The translations under genes were made by a program, and so were the position numbers. DNA of 64,000 nt. It comes from Octopus bimaculoides (lineage: Eukaryota). The notes beneath the pieces are model-generated. The model saw nothing but the letters and a program-made list of their open reading frames with translations. It ran no database searches and was not told the origin of the DNA. Location of the stretch: positions 38,545,871 through 38,609,870 of the forward strand of contig NC_068981.1 in NCBI RefSeq assembly GCF_001194135.2, given 5' to 3'. Shown in pieces: positions 25,419-39,184 of the stretch; positions within the stretch are counted from its first letter, which is position 1; every line of letters starts with the position of its first letter.

Positions 25419-28400
25419 GTATCTCTACTTTACATTTGACAGATTATACCTGTGCTTAACTGACATTTACTTCAGTTAACAGATGAAAAGGCAAGTTAAG
25501 TAAAATATTACATTAACATGCTACTGTTTTGTAACACAACATTGATATACAACACTAAAATACCCAGTAATTTTCACTGGATTATTTTGTCAATATGGAT
25601 AACTTCAATTTGATGAAATAGATATATTTGAGATCATTGTTTCTAGATGCAGGTTGTTATTTATGCTCAAGTTAATCTATTGAACAAACCTATAATAAGA
25701 TGCATTCTATACATGACCATCCATTCTGTTTGAATGGCCATGTATTTAGTGTTCAACATGCCCTTCATTGTTTTAGATCAGTATGAGAGAGATTCGGTTG
25801 CTACATTTGAACAAGCAATAGGATACAAAAAGATTTCCTGGTCTTTCATAAAATCACAGAGAGAAATAGACAAAGAATCAAATAAAAGTACATAGAAGAA
25901 AAAGAAATTTCAATTGATTTCTCGTGAGGAGTAAAAAAGTGGCTCGCTTTAACGATATGCTCTTCAAGGAAAAGCACTGTAGAGGTCGTATTATCATGGT
26001 TGCAAAATTGCAGTTGAGTGCCTGAAAGAAAGTAGTGATTTGGTAGGGAAGATATGGGGAGATAAGGGAGTAAAATGACAGTGTGAGGTGTGAATATTGT
26101 GGGAAATGTATGAGTAATGTGAGAGCTATATAATGTTAGTTGGAATAAAGTGTGAAGGAAAAGTCATCAAAGTTTGTATCAAGATCCAGGTCAGTTGAAA
26201 TAGAAATGAAGAGAGGAGGGTCAGGTAAGGTGAATTTGGAGATAAGTGATAAAGCAAGGGAAAGAAGACTATGAATGAAAGGTCATATACATAACACAGA
26301 CACGTACACAATAAACAAGGTGAGAGACAGGGGAACAAGACAGAATGAGTTAGCAGAGAAGAAATTAAATGGCTATGATGAAAGGAAAAAAAGAGTGTAA
26401 GAATCATAAGAGTAGTCGGAATTATAGAGACAAAGCTACTGAGAAAATAGGACTGAAAAGTATAGTAAACTATGATGAGAGTTGAGGAAGGGGGATAGAG
26501 AGCAACAATGAACAAAGAACAGTAAATAAATACTCCAACTACATAAACTGTGTTATATGACGCACATAGTGCATAGACGCACATGCTGCATGTATGCACA
26601 AACTACACACAACATACATGACTGAGAGATATGTCTATACTCATAGATGTATAAAATTATATATACAAAACAATATAAACAAATACAGGCCATAATGAAC
26701 AGAAATAGTTTTCATGTGTGGAAGGGATGAAAACAGAATCAGAGGAAGATGAAACATGTATTATGACATTGTGGAGCAAAGGTATTCAAATTGAAAGTAG
26801 GGCAATTCTTCTTATCTTTGTGAGTTTTGTAAGAACCAAATTATTGCAAGACACCACAGACTGAGAGTGATCAGAGGTGCTGAAGTGTGATGCCACTGGT
26901 TGAAGACTCACTGGGTATTGTAAATATCCAGCAAATACTTAGAGAACCTCCTTTCTCAAATGGTGACAGATTGTCTAAGTTTGCTGCAGATCTTGCAAGC
27001 TATGGAGTATATTCGGTTAGAGAAGGTGCTGTTAAAGTGGTTAATCATGTTCACATGTAGGAACCAAATAATTCAAACAGTGGATAAATTTTATGGAAGA
27101 AAAGGTGAGGAAGAATTATGTTTTTATAAAAAGAGGTGTTATACTTAATAGGTATATCTTTAAATTGTTTCTCTGTTGCCATTTCCTTCCCTACTTTGAA
27201 CATTTATTTTCATTTTATTTGTATTGTTCCTTTTATTTTCTATCCTCTCCGACAATTTGCTTTTTCATTCACATGCTAGCTCTCAATTCTTTTGCCTTAT
27301 TCTTCACTGTTATGATATTTTCCCTTCTTTCTCTCACAAATTCAAATTTATTTATCCTTCAATATCAATTGACATTTCATTGCATTCTGACAAATGGTTC
27401 TATTCAAAACATTAGACTTCACCCTAATGTATAAAACTTAACATACTGTTTAAAATATTTGAATAATGTTTTTGATAAAATGGAGCAACACACTTTTCTT
27501 AGATACTACTGGTATATTCTAAGTATGAAATTTCACATATTTTATACTTAAAAAATGTGAAACATTATTAAATATACATATGTTAATGATTATGGTTTGT
27601 CTTCTTAGAATATTTAACGATGTTTGTGTTTGTGCTGTATTTCAGTCTTTTGGTTTCTGTTTGTATTTTCCTTTGACTTTACAACCATATGAAGGATCAT
27701 CTTTAAAATCAGGCAGATTCAAATTATCTTATAATATACATTGATATTTCATAACATGCACTAAAATTTATTTTTATTGCAATATTTTATGATATTTTAC
27801 AGAAATGGTGGTAGAGAACCAGACTAAGTGTCTTGTGATATTTAGTTACATCCCATTATGTTTCTGATTTAAAATACCACTTGTATTTCATCCCCACCAC
27901 CACTACCAGCACTCCAGTCAATAAAATATGTACAGGAGTTGATTCAATTGATTACATGCCTAAAATTTTGTGGCTTTATGTCAAAGTAAAAAAAAATAAA
28001 ATCGATATCATGTTGGAACACATGCGCATGCAAACACATATATAGACACACATACACACATTCACACATAGACACAGACACACTCACACACACACACATG
28101 CACAATCTATAAATCTATATTTTCTTATTTTTCAATATTAACTTACAGTCAGAGAGATAAAAGGCTGTTAAGTTTTGCATGTGATGAAATAACATTTTCT
28201 CTTGTTTGATTATTTCTAAATTTGAAACAGGGGTCAAAGGTCTGCCAAACAGTTTATTTGGCAAAAGTAGACAATCCAAATGCTATGCAACAGTTTTATG
28301 CTTGCGGAATATGCTGCATCTTTTTTTGTACCAATTTTGGCAGCTCACTTGCCTAATCCATACAAAAATATGAAATTAATATTAAAATAACAGGCATGGG

Positions 28401-29831
28401 TTCAAGCTTGATTGTTTAAGCAGTTTACTTTACATCCACTTGGCTTCTGGTTTGATCTCATTTTGTTGTACCTTGGTTAGTGTGGAAACCTACTATATAT
28501 GTGTACATATATGTGTTAGTGTGTATCCTTTATTGCCTATGTTGGTGAATAAACTAAGGAACTATTGCTCTTCAGATGTGAAATTTGCTCTGCATCAAGT
28601 TTGCAATCATAAAAAACAATAAACTGAGGATTGTCTTATTAAAAATCTTTAATCAATAATGCTCTTATTCACAAATTGAAAAATATAAATGTATATCTAG
28701 CTTTTTAACCCCAGGAAAGCAATGGTCAACACCATCCCAGTCATTTTTTTTCAGGACCAATATTTCAGTAGTAGCAACTAGAGCAGCAAGTACTTTTACA
28801 AAATGTAGTAACTGTAGTGAAAATAAGTAAGATATAGAAACAAACATTCCTCTACAATCTAATCATGTTGTCACAGTGTTTCTGCAATTTTTGCTTTACT
28901 TCACAGCTTTATTATTAAAGGTACTTTATACAGTATTATAAATAGTTTAACTGTTATATTGTTTAAATGGCTATAATAACATTTTAAATGAAATTAACAT
29001 TAAAACAGCATTCTAGTATATTATGTTTATTGGTCAAAATAATTGTTTAGATTTTATTGCTCAATATTAATAAACTGAATCTTTTGCTGAAAATGGCATT
29101 CAGGAAATTTTTATATTGTATTAAAACTTTAGGTAATCAAGATCAATCAGATATTAATGATGGAAAAAAAAAATAATGTATGCTTTCTCATCATCAATTA
29201 TTTTAATTTTTATTGTTGTTGCTGAGCCTTAGGTCACTCCTCATAGAGCAGATTTCCTATATCTTTTTCTCATTTTCAAGCATATTTATTCAGCACTTTA
29301 TTATTTTTAAGATGCCAGGGTTTGATTTGAATGGTTACCTAGAGACCCTTTTGTCTGCTCATCTTTTTGTACTTAACATAATTCTAGTTTTGTGTGGTGT
29401 GATATTAGATGGAAACTTGACAGAATCATTAAAGTATTGGATAGAATACTTTGGAATATTTGTTCTGACTTTCTATATTCTTTAAATCCTACCAACATCA
29501 ACTTTGTCTTTCATCATTCAACAGTCAGTAAAAAGCAACTAGTCTAAATCAGTGGATTAGCAGACCTATTAGTGGTTCAGGCAAGATGTCTTGCAAGTAT
29601 CTTTCTTGGCTGTTTACCTTCTGATTACAACATTTGCATTGACATTGATGCTAAGCTACATTGACCCAATTTGGTGACCTTTGGGGTCAGTAATGAGGAG
29701 AGGACTAGACTTGCAAACATAGGAAACAACTAACCTTTCTTAGAATATATTGCCTAGGCTTGGATATACAAATGCAAATGCATGGTCAATCTTGATTGAT
29801 GGAGGTTCTTTCCCAATATATACTACATATA

Positions 29832-30012
29832 TGAGGGCGTGCTGAAAAGTTCCTGGCTTTGGGTAAAAGAAAATATAGGAGGATCAGTTAATTATGATTT
29901 TATTCAACATTATCTCGTCTTAAATTCACACATTTTGCAGCAGCCCTTCAGTTTTTCTGAGCCCTGTAAAAAACTTGGAAGGTTGGGCCTCCAGTTAGGC
30001 CTCTCACAATAT
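29832..30012. mobile_element. Mariner-derived MITE, truncated at N-gap
   Basis: TA + gagggcgtgctgaaaagttcctggcttt TIR; reverse orientation relative to 5788 copy. Confidence 0.85.
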
Positions 30013-30023
30013 ANNNNNNNNNN

Positions 30024-30069
<46 letters not shown>

Positions 30070-31482
30070 CGCACACACAGACATATATATATATATAAAT
30101 ATATTAGAGGGAGAGAGAGAGAGAAAGAGAGAAAGGGAGACAGACAGGCAGGCAGATAGCTAAATGAAGAGATAGAAACTACTGATGCCATGAAGTATGA
30201 TTGTATGAGTGAGAGGGGGAGAGAGATATTAAATGAGACATAGGTTGTGCACGAACAAATGCTGAATATTTTGCAAAAAATTTTAGATTGATAAATAAGC
30301 TGAGTTCAGAAGGAGTTTTAAAGATTTCATATATATATATATTTATATCTATAGAACTGTTATACTGTTACAATAATATGGCTTTGAGTAATTTGATTAG
30401 AAAGTTATAGAATTCTTTAGACATGAATAGACTGAACATACCAGTTATTGGCTCTTCTTTGTAAATTAAAATTTGATAACAAAACAACCTTAGCTGCTTA
30501 GTGAAATTTTTATGAAAATATATGAGAAAGATTTTATTATGAAACTCATTGCATCATTTCAATAAATGAAATGAGTTATGGTTATAATTTAAGAATTCTG
30601 CCATTTCATTAGGTAGAAGTTAGGTACACAGTCATTTTAAATTCAGTTTCAAGTATTTCTCATTTACTGGAAATGATGTAAATCCATAAATCTCAAATTG
30701 AAACTTTATTTTATTTTATTTTTTTCAAAGAAAGCATTCATTTGAATTTTATTTCCTTTTTTTATCTTCCTTTTTTATCTCATAGATTTAATCAAATTAA
30801 ATGTATGAGATTATATAATTTAATTGAAAGCAAACATTGAATAGGAACCTTTCTGATTTCATTAATTTACACATTTCAAATTTTGCTAAATTGTACTTAT
30901 CTAAATCTCAGAGGTGATTTTTAGTTTTTATTTGAATCAAATAGCAATATTCGTTATATTTTGATTTAGAATGCTATATATTGAGTATATATGGAAGTAC
31001 ATGATAAAGCTTTTATTATTTTTTTTTTAAATAGTTATGATTTGGATAAGTTTAACATGGCTGCACATATCACTGTTTATTTCTAGCTTACATTGGCATA
31101 ACTAGTACATCTTATCTACATCTTTGCTTACCACAGTTCTTATTGCTTTTACATAACTGAATAACAGCTAATTGACTTTTAAACTGAATATTTCACCAGT
31201 CAGATATCCTTGGCCCCTTATTTATTATTTAACTCAAATTTTCTTGCCATCTTTCTGGGGTAATAAAAAATGAAATCATTAATCCAGCTTAGTGGATTGA
31301 CAAACTAAAAGAACATCAGATCAGATAGCTTGCAGTAATTGCTAAGTTCAGATCTTGTCATGAACTACAGGGTTTTTATGTTATAGTTGATAGCTTGCAT
31401 AAGAAGAAAAGAAAAAAAACAATGTTCCATCCAAAAATAAATGTATTTTTTAAAATATCAAAAAATATCCACTAGAATACAT

Positions 31483-31967
31483 AGGTGTATGCATAGCTGT
31501 GTGGTAAAAAGCTTGCTTCCTAACCACATGGTTCAGGATTCAGTCTCACTGTACAGCACATTGGACTTGTGTCTTCTGCTATGTCCTTGGGGTGACCAAA
31601 GCCTTGTGAGTGGATTTGGTAGACAGAATCATTAGCATGCCGGGCAGTGAGTGGATTTGGTAGACAGAATCGTTAGCATGCCGGGCGAAATGCTTCGCGG
31701 TATTTCGTCTGCCGTTGCATTCTGAGTTCAAATTCTGCCGAGGTTGACTTTGCCTTTCATCCTTTCGGGGCCAATAAATTAAGTACCAGTTACGCACTGG
31801 GGTCGATGTAATCGACTTAATTCTTTTGTCTGTCCTTGTTTGTCCTCTTTATGTTTAGCTCCTTGTGAGCAATAAAGAAATAAGAAACTGAAAGAAGCCC
31901 ATCATATNNNNNNNNNNNNNNNNNNNNNNNNNNNNNNNNNNNNNNNNNNNNNNNNNNNNNNNNNNNN

Positions 31968-32002
<35 letters not shown>

Positions 32003-32200
32003 ATGTATGTATGTATGTATATATGTATGTATTTGTGTCTGTGTTTGTCTCCCTGCTGCCATCACTTGATAACTGATGCTGGTGTGTTTACAGCCCTGTA
32101 ACTTAGAAAGAATAAGTCCTGGGATCGATTTGTTCAACTAAAGGTGGTGCTCCAGCACGGGCACAGTAAAATGAATGAAATAAGAAAAAGAAAAGAAAGA
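31483..32200 (+). mobile_element. SINE family B with nested 5'-truncated SINE family A (31647-31886) and N-gap
   Basis: B head to ggatttggtagacagaa, then A body, then B resumes at gaaactgaaagaagccc. Confidence 0.85.
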
Positions 32201-32388
32201 AGAAAATTGCAAATCTTATTTACTCAGCCATATTTTCTAAATGGCATACTAATTCACTGTTCTAGACTTGAAACCTGGTCATTGTAGAGGAGTGTATTTG
32301 AAATAACTATAGTTGGTTGTTGAGATAACATAGAAAATATGTAAATGAAAATAAACTTTATGACATGTGTAATTGATTTGATTGTTCT

Positions 32389-32604
32389 GGAAGGCAGTGA
32401 GCTGGTAGAATCGTTAGCATGCTGGGCAAAATGCTTGAGTGGTATTTCACCTGTCTTTAAGTTCTGATTTCAAATGCCGCTGGGGTCAACTCTGCCTTTC
32501 ATCCTTTTGGGATCGATAAATGAAGGACAAGTGAGAGACTGGGGTTGATGTAATTAACTGGTCCCCTCCCCAGAAATTTCAGGCCTTGTGCCTATAATAG
32601 AAAG
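32389..32604 (+). mobile_element. SINE family A variant with about 14-bp TSD
   Basis: TSD gatttgattgttct at 32375-32388 and 32605-32618. Confidence 0.85.
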
Positions 32605-32619
32605 GATTTGATTGTTCTA

Positions 32620-32915
32620 GTCTAAACATAAGTCGATGAAATTAGAAGTCATTTGAAGGCACCCTTTTGTTTGTAATTGGCTATCTTGTTGCAGGTTCAA
32701 TCCGAGGAATATTGAAATAATACCCATCTTGTCCATTCCACAGAATAAGATGATACTGGAGAGCATCATAAGAGGGACAAGTCTGTGAAACATGTTTAAG
32801 GTTGTTATTTTGAACATGAATGAGAATATCAGGATTTTCAATGGGATCATCAACCACAAGGATGGCTACTTCATTAGATGTGGGCTCATTAAAACAGCGT
32901 AAAATGTTGTTTACT
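32620..32915 (-). mobile_element. Helitron RepHel fragment (region preceding the Rep/Helitron_like_N domain)
   Basis: RCFNEPTSNEVAILVV...DILIHVQNNNLKHVSQTCPSYDALQYHLILWNGQDGYYFNI matches Helitron RxFNxPTxxEVA...SYDALQYPLxFxxGEDGY. Confidence 0.88.
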
Positions 32916-34168
32916 ATAAACATAATGAACGCAGAAACACACACACACACACACACACTCATAGTATTGATAATACTGAAAACAGCAAAACGTACACACA
33001 CGAAGTTCATGTGAAATGAAATATAGTCAATATAGGTGCAAAACATACTTTCCGTAGTATAGTTATGCTATAAAAAAATTGCAAGTCACGAATCTAGCAA
33101 AAGTTAGTGTGTGTCACCAATGCAACAAAGTACGGAAAGTCAAAATTTATTTGGAACATGTATTAAATGTTATAAAATTCATGGTAAAAAAAATGAAAGT
33201 CCAAGAAAGTTCAGAAGGCATAATTCAATTTTTCATACAAAAATAATTTATTTTACAATTTTGAAACGAACGCTGAACCAAGTGTATAAAAAGGAAGATG
33301 CTGTTTTTGAACTGTGTAACATTATACTGAGTAACGCAGTAAAAAGGTTGTGTGACATTGATACTCATAGTCATGAAGAATACAAGGACTGTTAAAAAAA
33401 ACATTATCTTGAAACTGGTTAGAAGGAGTGGAATAATATTTCTGTAATTATATTGGAAGAGCTGCTGAGGCTTTCTACTTCGCCAAGTTTCTGAAATTGT
33501 TATTACAAGAATAATATTCTTTCTTTTTCAGATATATTTGCGCGTATTGTGAGTGGTGTTAAATCAGGCAAATTTTCATGTTGGTAGTACTTGAAAGTGA
33601 ACATTGTTGTTTGTTTGAAGTCCAGGCCACAAGTAAACTTTCAATATCAGCATGTTTTACCATTGGGTGGTGGAGAAGTTATACACATAAACTAAGAGAT
33701 ACACACACACACATACATCAACACACACTTGAAGCCTATTTCTGTCCCTGTGTGTGTCAGTCTCTGTCTTTAGATATGTGTGTGTGTCAGTCATCACAAA
33801 AATGTATGTATATTGACAGAAACATACACTGTCACACACATGTACTTGTCAGTCATCAGCCCAACGTAGGTAATGAATGTGCGACCACACTCATATAAAA
33901 AATGTAACATCATTGTCATTGTGGTGGTTATATAAAACGTTGTTTACAATAGGTGACTAAAACTAAAAGAAAAATGATAATGTTAAATTTTTGTAATGCA
34001 AATATGTGAATGAAAAAATAATTTAGTCGGTAGCCAAAAGCTTACTGAATCTTTTAATACGCCTTACGTCAAGATCGGCAACACAGTTTAGGAATGCATA
34101 AGGAACATACGCACATGCACACACATACAAATTCTCTTTTATATATATATATATATATNNNNNNNNNN

Positions 34169-34205
<37 letters not shown>

Positions 34206-36062
34206 CACACACACCATGCATGCAAACATATGAAATGTTGATATTTTTCTTGTCGCTGTTTGAGCAAAATAGTGCTAAACTTGGCATTATGACCAATTGC
34301 CTTGTGCTTTTGAAAACGTGTAGTTAATAGAAATTCCTTACCTGGAAGACTGATGAGGGTTGATGACAGGAAGAGATCCAACCATAAAACCCTGCCACCA
34401 AAATCAATTCCTGTCCAAACCAGGTTGGCACAGAAAAATGGATGTGCAAACAAATTAACAGTATGAGTTAACTTTCTGAAAATTTTTAAATGTTATCTCA
34501 ATAAGTTATCTTCCAAATTTACACATGTAATTTGGTATTCAGAAATGTTTTGTAGATTTGATAGCGATTTTGATTTCGATGTATGGAAACTAATAGGAAT
34601 ACTTTTAGTATTAGTTTTCCTATATATGCTCAAATGACTCAATTTGTTACTTTTCATCCATCTATTATTTTAATAAAATTTAGATCATAACCTAAATCAA
34701 TAGGAAGTGACAAAAACATTACTTTGGGCTAGCAATTAATTCAGTCTTTGAAGGTGGAAGATAATTTTAGAAGGTAATGTGTCTGCCATTGTGATTACAT
34801 AATCAATAAAACACTTTATAATCATAGGTCTTTTTTTCTTTTTTGTTGATGTTTCTGTGACTGATGTTGTTGTTGCTTTTAGAGATTAATCACAATAAAG
34901 AAGTAAATAGCTGAATAATGAAACTTTAGTTGCAGATATGAATTTTGTTTGATAAAATTTGTGTCCATTATCCATTGATTGCTATCTTTGCCAAGCCATG
35001 ACTTCACCAAAGACTGACAAAACATCAATGCCAGTTATGTTTTGTGCTTAACAATATAAAGTAGAAAATGTTCATCAATATTTATACTAATAGTGCATAT
35101 TTTAAATGTTGCATTTTGTTGTTTTCCTATCTAAGCACAAATTATTCATTTAAATAGTGCTTTATTTATAATTTCTTCCCTCCTCACGATCACTCTTAAT
35201 TATGTACTTTAGATATCAGTTGGTAGTTTCCTTTTTACTAAGTCTTTCCAGGATTTAAAATAACTAAGATGAGCATACAGTAGAATTATATAGCCATAAT
35301 TTCTATCTATTTCTGAAGCATAACAATAATGTTAATTTCATACTCTACAAAGATACATATCAAAATATATTTTTTTCTAGGTTACATTAAAGAGAAAAGT
35401 CCATTAAAAACTAACAACTTCTTAGTATTAATAACTATCTCTAAAAGTTTTTAGTAATGATGAAATAACTATAAATGTTCCAAATGTCATTTTAAGTGCA
35501 ATGCTTTTTTTTTTTTCTAAAAAATTCATCTTAAGTAACCAGTAAATTTAAAAGTAAGCCATACATATTAAAGATAGTGAAATAAATTCATTTACATCAT
35601 ATAAAGAATTTGTGAAAGGTATGTGAATGAATAATTAAGCAAAAATTGTTCCAAATTTTACATTCATTTCTAAATTTGTCTTATCCTGAATTTCTAAACC
35701 TATTCTGAAATATATCTTCATTTCTGATCTCTAGTGATGCCATTAGAGACTGAAAGGCTTAATGATATAAAATAATTAGTTTCATTTCAGTACTTAATGT
35801 AACAATTAAGTGTTTAGGTTTTTTTTTGTCTTTGGTTTTTTTAATAGCTCAATCAGGTGGAAGGAGCAATACTTATGATCTTTTCAAATGAAAATGATGA
35901 GAGTGATGCTGTAAAATTCTTCTTGAACAATTTCAAGATGGCAGCTGCAGAAAAGATATGTACAGAAAAGGAATTCCAAAAGGCTCACATTATATGGTGG
36001 AAGGACTACATTTACCATAATAAGAATAGGCTTCATTGTTTTCAATTTAAGAAGGATGATAA

Positions 36063-36280
36063 GGTGGTGAGCTGAGAGAGCTGTTAGCATGCCAGACAAA
36101 ATGCTTAGTTGCACATTGTCTATCCTAACATTCTGTGTTCAAATTCCAAAGAGGCCAACTTTGCCTATCATCATTTTGGAAGCAATGAAATAAGTACCAG
36201 TTAAAAACTGAGGTTGATGTAATTAACTAGCATCCTCTCCTAAAGTTCAGGCCTTGTGCCTTTAGCAGAAAAAAAATTTG
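36063..36280 (+). mobile_element. SINE family A, degenerate
   Basis: ggtgagctg...gttagcatgccagacaaaatgcttag...gaaataagtaccagt. Confidence 0.75.
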
Positions 36281-36929
36281 AGAAGGATGCTCTAACACTA
36301 TAGTCACTTTCAAGACAATCAGCTCCCTTGCTATCAACTGCTTTCAAACACACAAGAATACTGTCATTAAACTCATTTTTCTCAGCTATACAGCTGTAAG
36401 ACTCTTTGCTCTCACACACAGATTATATGACATATACAACTATATGCTCTTGCTTATAGATCATATGACAATGTATCTTATAATTAGCAGGGTTCATAAT
36501 ATGGAATATTTTCGGATAATGTTTTCTTAATTTAATCATAGATTGTAGAATTCTTTTCTATTTATTTATTTATGATTTGAATAGCTTCTCTATTTATCAA
36601 TTACTAATTTTAATTTGAAATTGTTCACATGATTTCTATTTCAATCATTAAACTTTTTCTTTTATGAATAATAGGATTAAATTTTACAGTTTTACAGTTA
36701 TATTAGATACATGTTTAATGAGTAGCAAAATAGCATTCTTAATGGAATTTATAATTATACATTACCTTCAATATTATTATTATTGGTGAGAGATGTCATG
36801 TAAGACTCCAAGTTCTGGGGAAAAGAATCAGCATGTAGTTTTGATTGACAAATGGGATCGTTTAATTCTTGCTATGAAAGTCACGAGAGAAAATGAATAT
36901 CACAACTTACAATTTTCTTTATCATATAA

Positions 36930-37140
36930 ATGTAGGCTTAGCAGAAGTATTAGACAAAAATCACTGGACAAAATGCCTTGCAGTATTTCATTTGACTCTT
37001 TAAATTCTGAGTTCAAATTCTTCTGGGGTCGATTTTGTCATCCTCTTGGGGTTGATAAAGTGCCAGTCAAATATTAGGGTTGAAATTTTGATTGCTCCCC
37101 TCCCAAAATTTCTGGTCGTGTATCTCTATTAGAAATTATT
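36930..37140 (+). mobile_element. SINE family A, degenerate
   Basis: ttctgagttcaaattc...tcatcctcttggggttgataaagtgccagt. Confidence 0.7.
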
Positions 37141-37214
37141 CTGTATTTGTAGTGTCTATGTAAAAACAAACATGGGTAGTATCTATGTGAAAACAAACAT
37201 CCTAAAACTAAGGG

Positions 37215-37495
37215 GTCATGTAAAAAGCATTGGTGTGGGTGCTGATGTCACATAAAAAAACACTGGTGATGGTGTCACATAAAAAGCACTGGTGAGAGTG
37301 CCAAATAAAAAGCAGCCTGCACACTCTGTGAAGAGGTTAGCATTAGGAAGAGTATTCATCCATAGAAACCAAGTCAAAACAGATTATAGAACTTGGTGTG
37401 GCCCCTGGCCTTGCTAGTTTCTGTCAGGCTGTCCAACCCATGCCAGCATGGAAAATAGACGTTAAATGTGGCTACTGCTGCTGATGATGATAATG
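37215..37495 (+). mobile_element. RTE 3' tail fragment
   Basis: Repeated gtcacataaaaagcact units, ccaacccatgccagcatggaaaatagacgttaaat, (GAT)n. Confidence 0.75.
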
Positions 37496-37845
37496 TGTAG
37501 TGTATTGGCTATTTTATGTTTTGCTCGATGTTCTTTGGCTGCTGTATGTCTAACTATTACCATTCAACATGCTATCCTACTATTATGTATAAAAATCTAT
37601 TGTATAACGTATTTGCTTCGTCTTACTTGGCTATACTGAAAAATTAAGATCAGAAGAGTGTTATTCTAATATTCCTTATACTATTTTATTTTTGAGTTTA
37701 CAATTAGTGACATGGTAAAAGAAACTGACTGGTGATGTAAATCACAAGAAAATTTTTATTTTGTCAAATAGTAGTTAGAAGAATATTACCAAATATAAAA
37801 TCAACAATCATATTTGTTTGTGCATAATGTATATATTTTTATCAG

Positions 37846-37937
37846 CTTTTTAAACCGCAAAGTGAGGAATATGCATTTTCTACAAGAAATGTTACTAATC
37901 CTCATCCAAAACCATATTCTGGATGGCCTAACTGGAA
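37846..37937 (+). CDS. Putative internal exon (phase 0 to 2): LFKPQSEEYAFSTRNVTNPHPKPYSGWPNW
   Basis: Acceptor atatttttatcAG, consensus donor AA|GTAAGT; phase-compatible with 25297 exon; a second frame (FLNRKVRNMHFLQ...) is also open. Confidence 0.6.
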
Positions 37938-38659
37938 GTAAGTTATGTCAGTTATTCAAAGTGGTATGTAAAGAAGAGTTTAAACCATTCTAATAATGTT
38001 ACATTTTACTATGATAGTTATAATGCCATTTATACTTATAGATAAGTTGCAGTTTTTTATTAACAGGATGAAAAATATCCACCTGTGGCTTACCTACTGA
38101 ACTTTGCTCTGAAATGTACAACATATGCCAACACACACACATGCACACGCACACACACACATGCACGCACACACACACACACACATATGCACACACACAC
38201 ATGCACACACATGCTAAGAAATGATAGAGTGTTTAGAGCTTGTTCATCATATCCACTACTTGTTATATATGAACACCAGTGTTGTAAACAACCAAAGATT
38301 GATAGTATTCATAGGCTTGGGAACAGGAAATTCACAGGGGTGAGAGGATATAAGTGCATTCCCTAAAATGTTTTGGGAGCAATGTAAGCACTTTGAACAT
38401 CCTGGCTTGGACCTGGGTTTACACTTTCTCAGCAAATTTCATTCTCATTTTTATATGTGCAAAATCAGAATTTGGTTTTGCTACAAAACAAAGTGAGTGA
38501 AAATGATGCATCTTAAATTCTGTTTGTACTTTGCTGTATCTGTCTAAACTTTTGTATCTCTCTAAACTCTCTAAGCTTTTTGATTATGTATGCACATATT
38601 TATTTGCAGAAGTGTAGAAGAATACATTGTGCTTTTGTTTTGTAAAAAGGAACTATAAA

Positions 38660-38910
38660 TTGCTCCATAAGTATTAAAAAGGAAAAGATTAGTTGTGAGG
38701 TTGGTTTCAGTTTGTGTATCATTGAATATGCTGAAGAGCATGGAAATTGTTGTGTCAAGAGAGAATTTATTCGTCAGAAAAATTAGCAGTGGACTGATGG
38801 AAATGAAAAGAAAGACTAAAAATAAAATACCTAAAACAAAAATTGCCAAACTGTCTCTTAGCATGAGAAACACAGAAATTTATATAACTGGGCATGTGAA
38901 TCATGTGTGA
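38660..38910 (+). pseudogene. pogo-family transposase N-terminus, Brinker-type DNA-binding domain remnant
   Basis: KISCEVGFSLCIIEYAEEHGNCCVKREF resembles SYxxxFKLxVIxYAEEHGNRAAxRxF; stops downstream. Confidence 0.65.
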
Positions 38911-39184
38911 ACGACCTTGTTACTCACATGACTTTTAGAACAAAAAGTAATAGATAGCTTGCAAATTTCCATGGATACGAATGAATATAATATTACTCAA
39001 AAGTTTCACATTTCACTACATTAGTAATAGTATATGAGATTCATGAACAGTAATGGATTCTCGTTATGTCAGCAAACCAGTAACTGATTAACTCATGGAA
39101 ACATTACATGGATATTATAAATGCATTCATAACAAATTTCTTAAATATCAATTCATAAATGTTTAATTCATTTTAACAAAGTGT

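Noticed and set aside
26880-27150. Coding-like stretch PLVEDSLGIVNIQQILREPPFSNGDRLSKFAADLASYG
   Set aside because: Bounded by stops, only weak resemblance to transposase or endonuclease motifs; unassignable.
33100-33500. Degenerate coding-like region next to the Helitron fragment
   Set aside because: No motif I can assign with confidence.
33532-33548. 17-nt micro-exon candidate (tttcAG...|GTGAGT); similar candidates at 47789-47811 and 59927-59971
   Set aside because: Short AG..GT windows arise often by chance in AT-rich introns.
29839-34453. Numerous YIYI/HTHT/SLSL ORFs in the track
   Set aside because: Translations of dinucleotide microsatellites and gap flanks.
35857-36075. 72-aa ORF with tcAG acceptor
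   Set aside because: Runs into a SINE head; another frame (QFQDGSCRKDMYRKGIPKG) resembles the minus-strand 6759 ORF (QADNCRKNIYKWGIPVG), suggesting both are degenerate copies of one repeat, possibly an RTE C-terminus.
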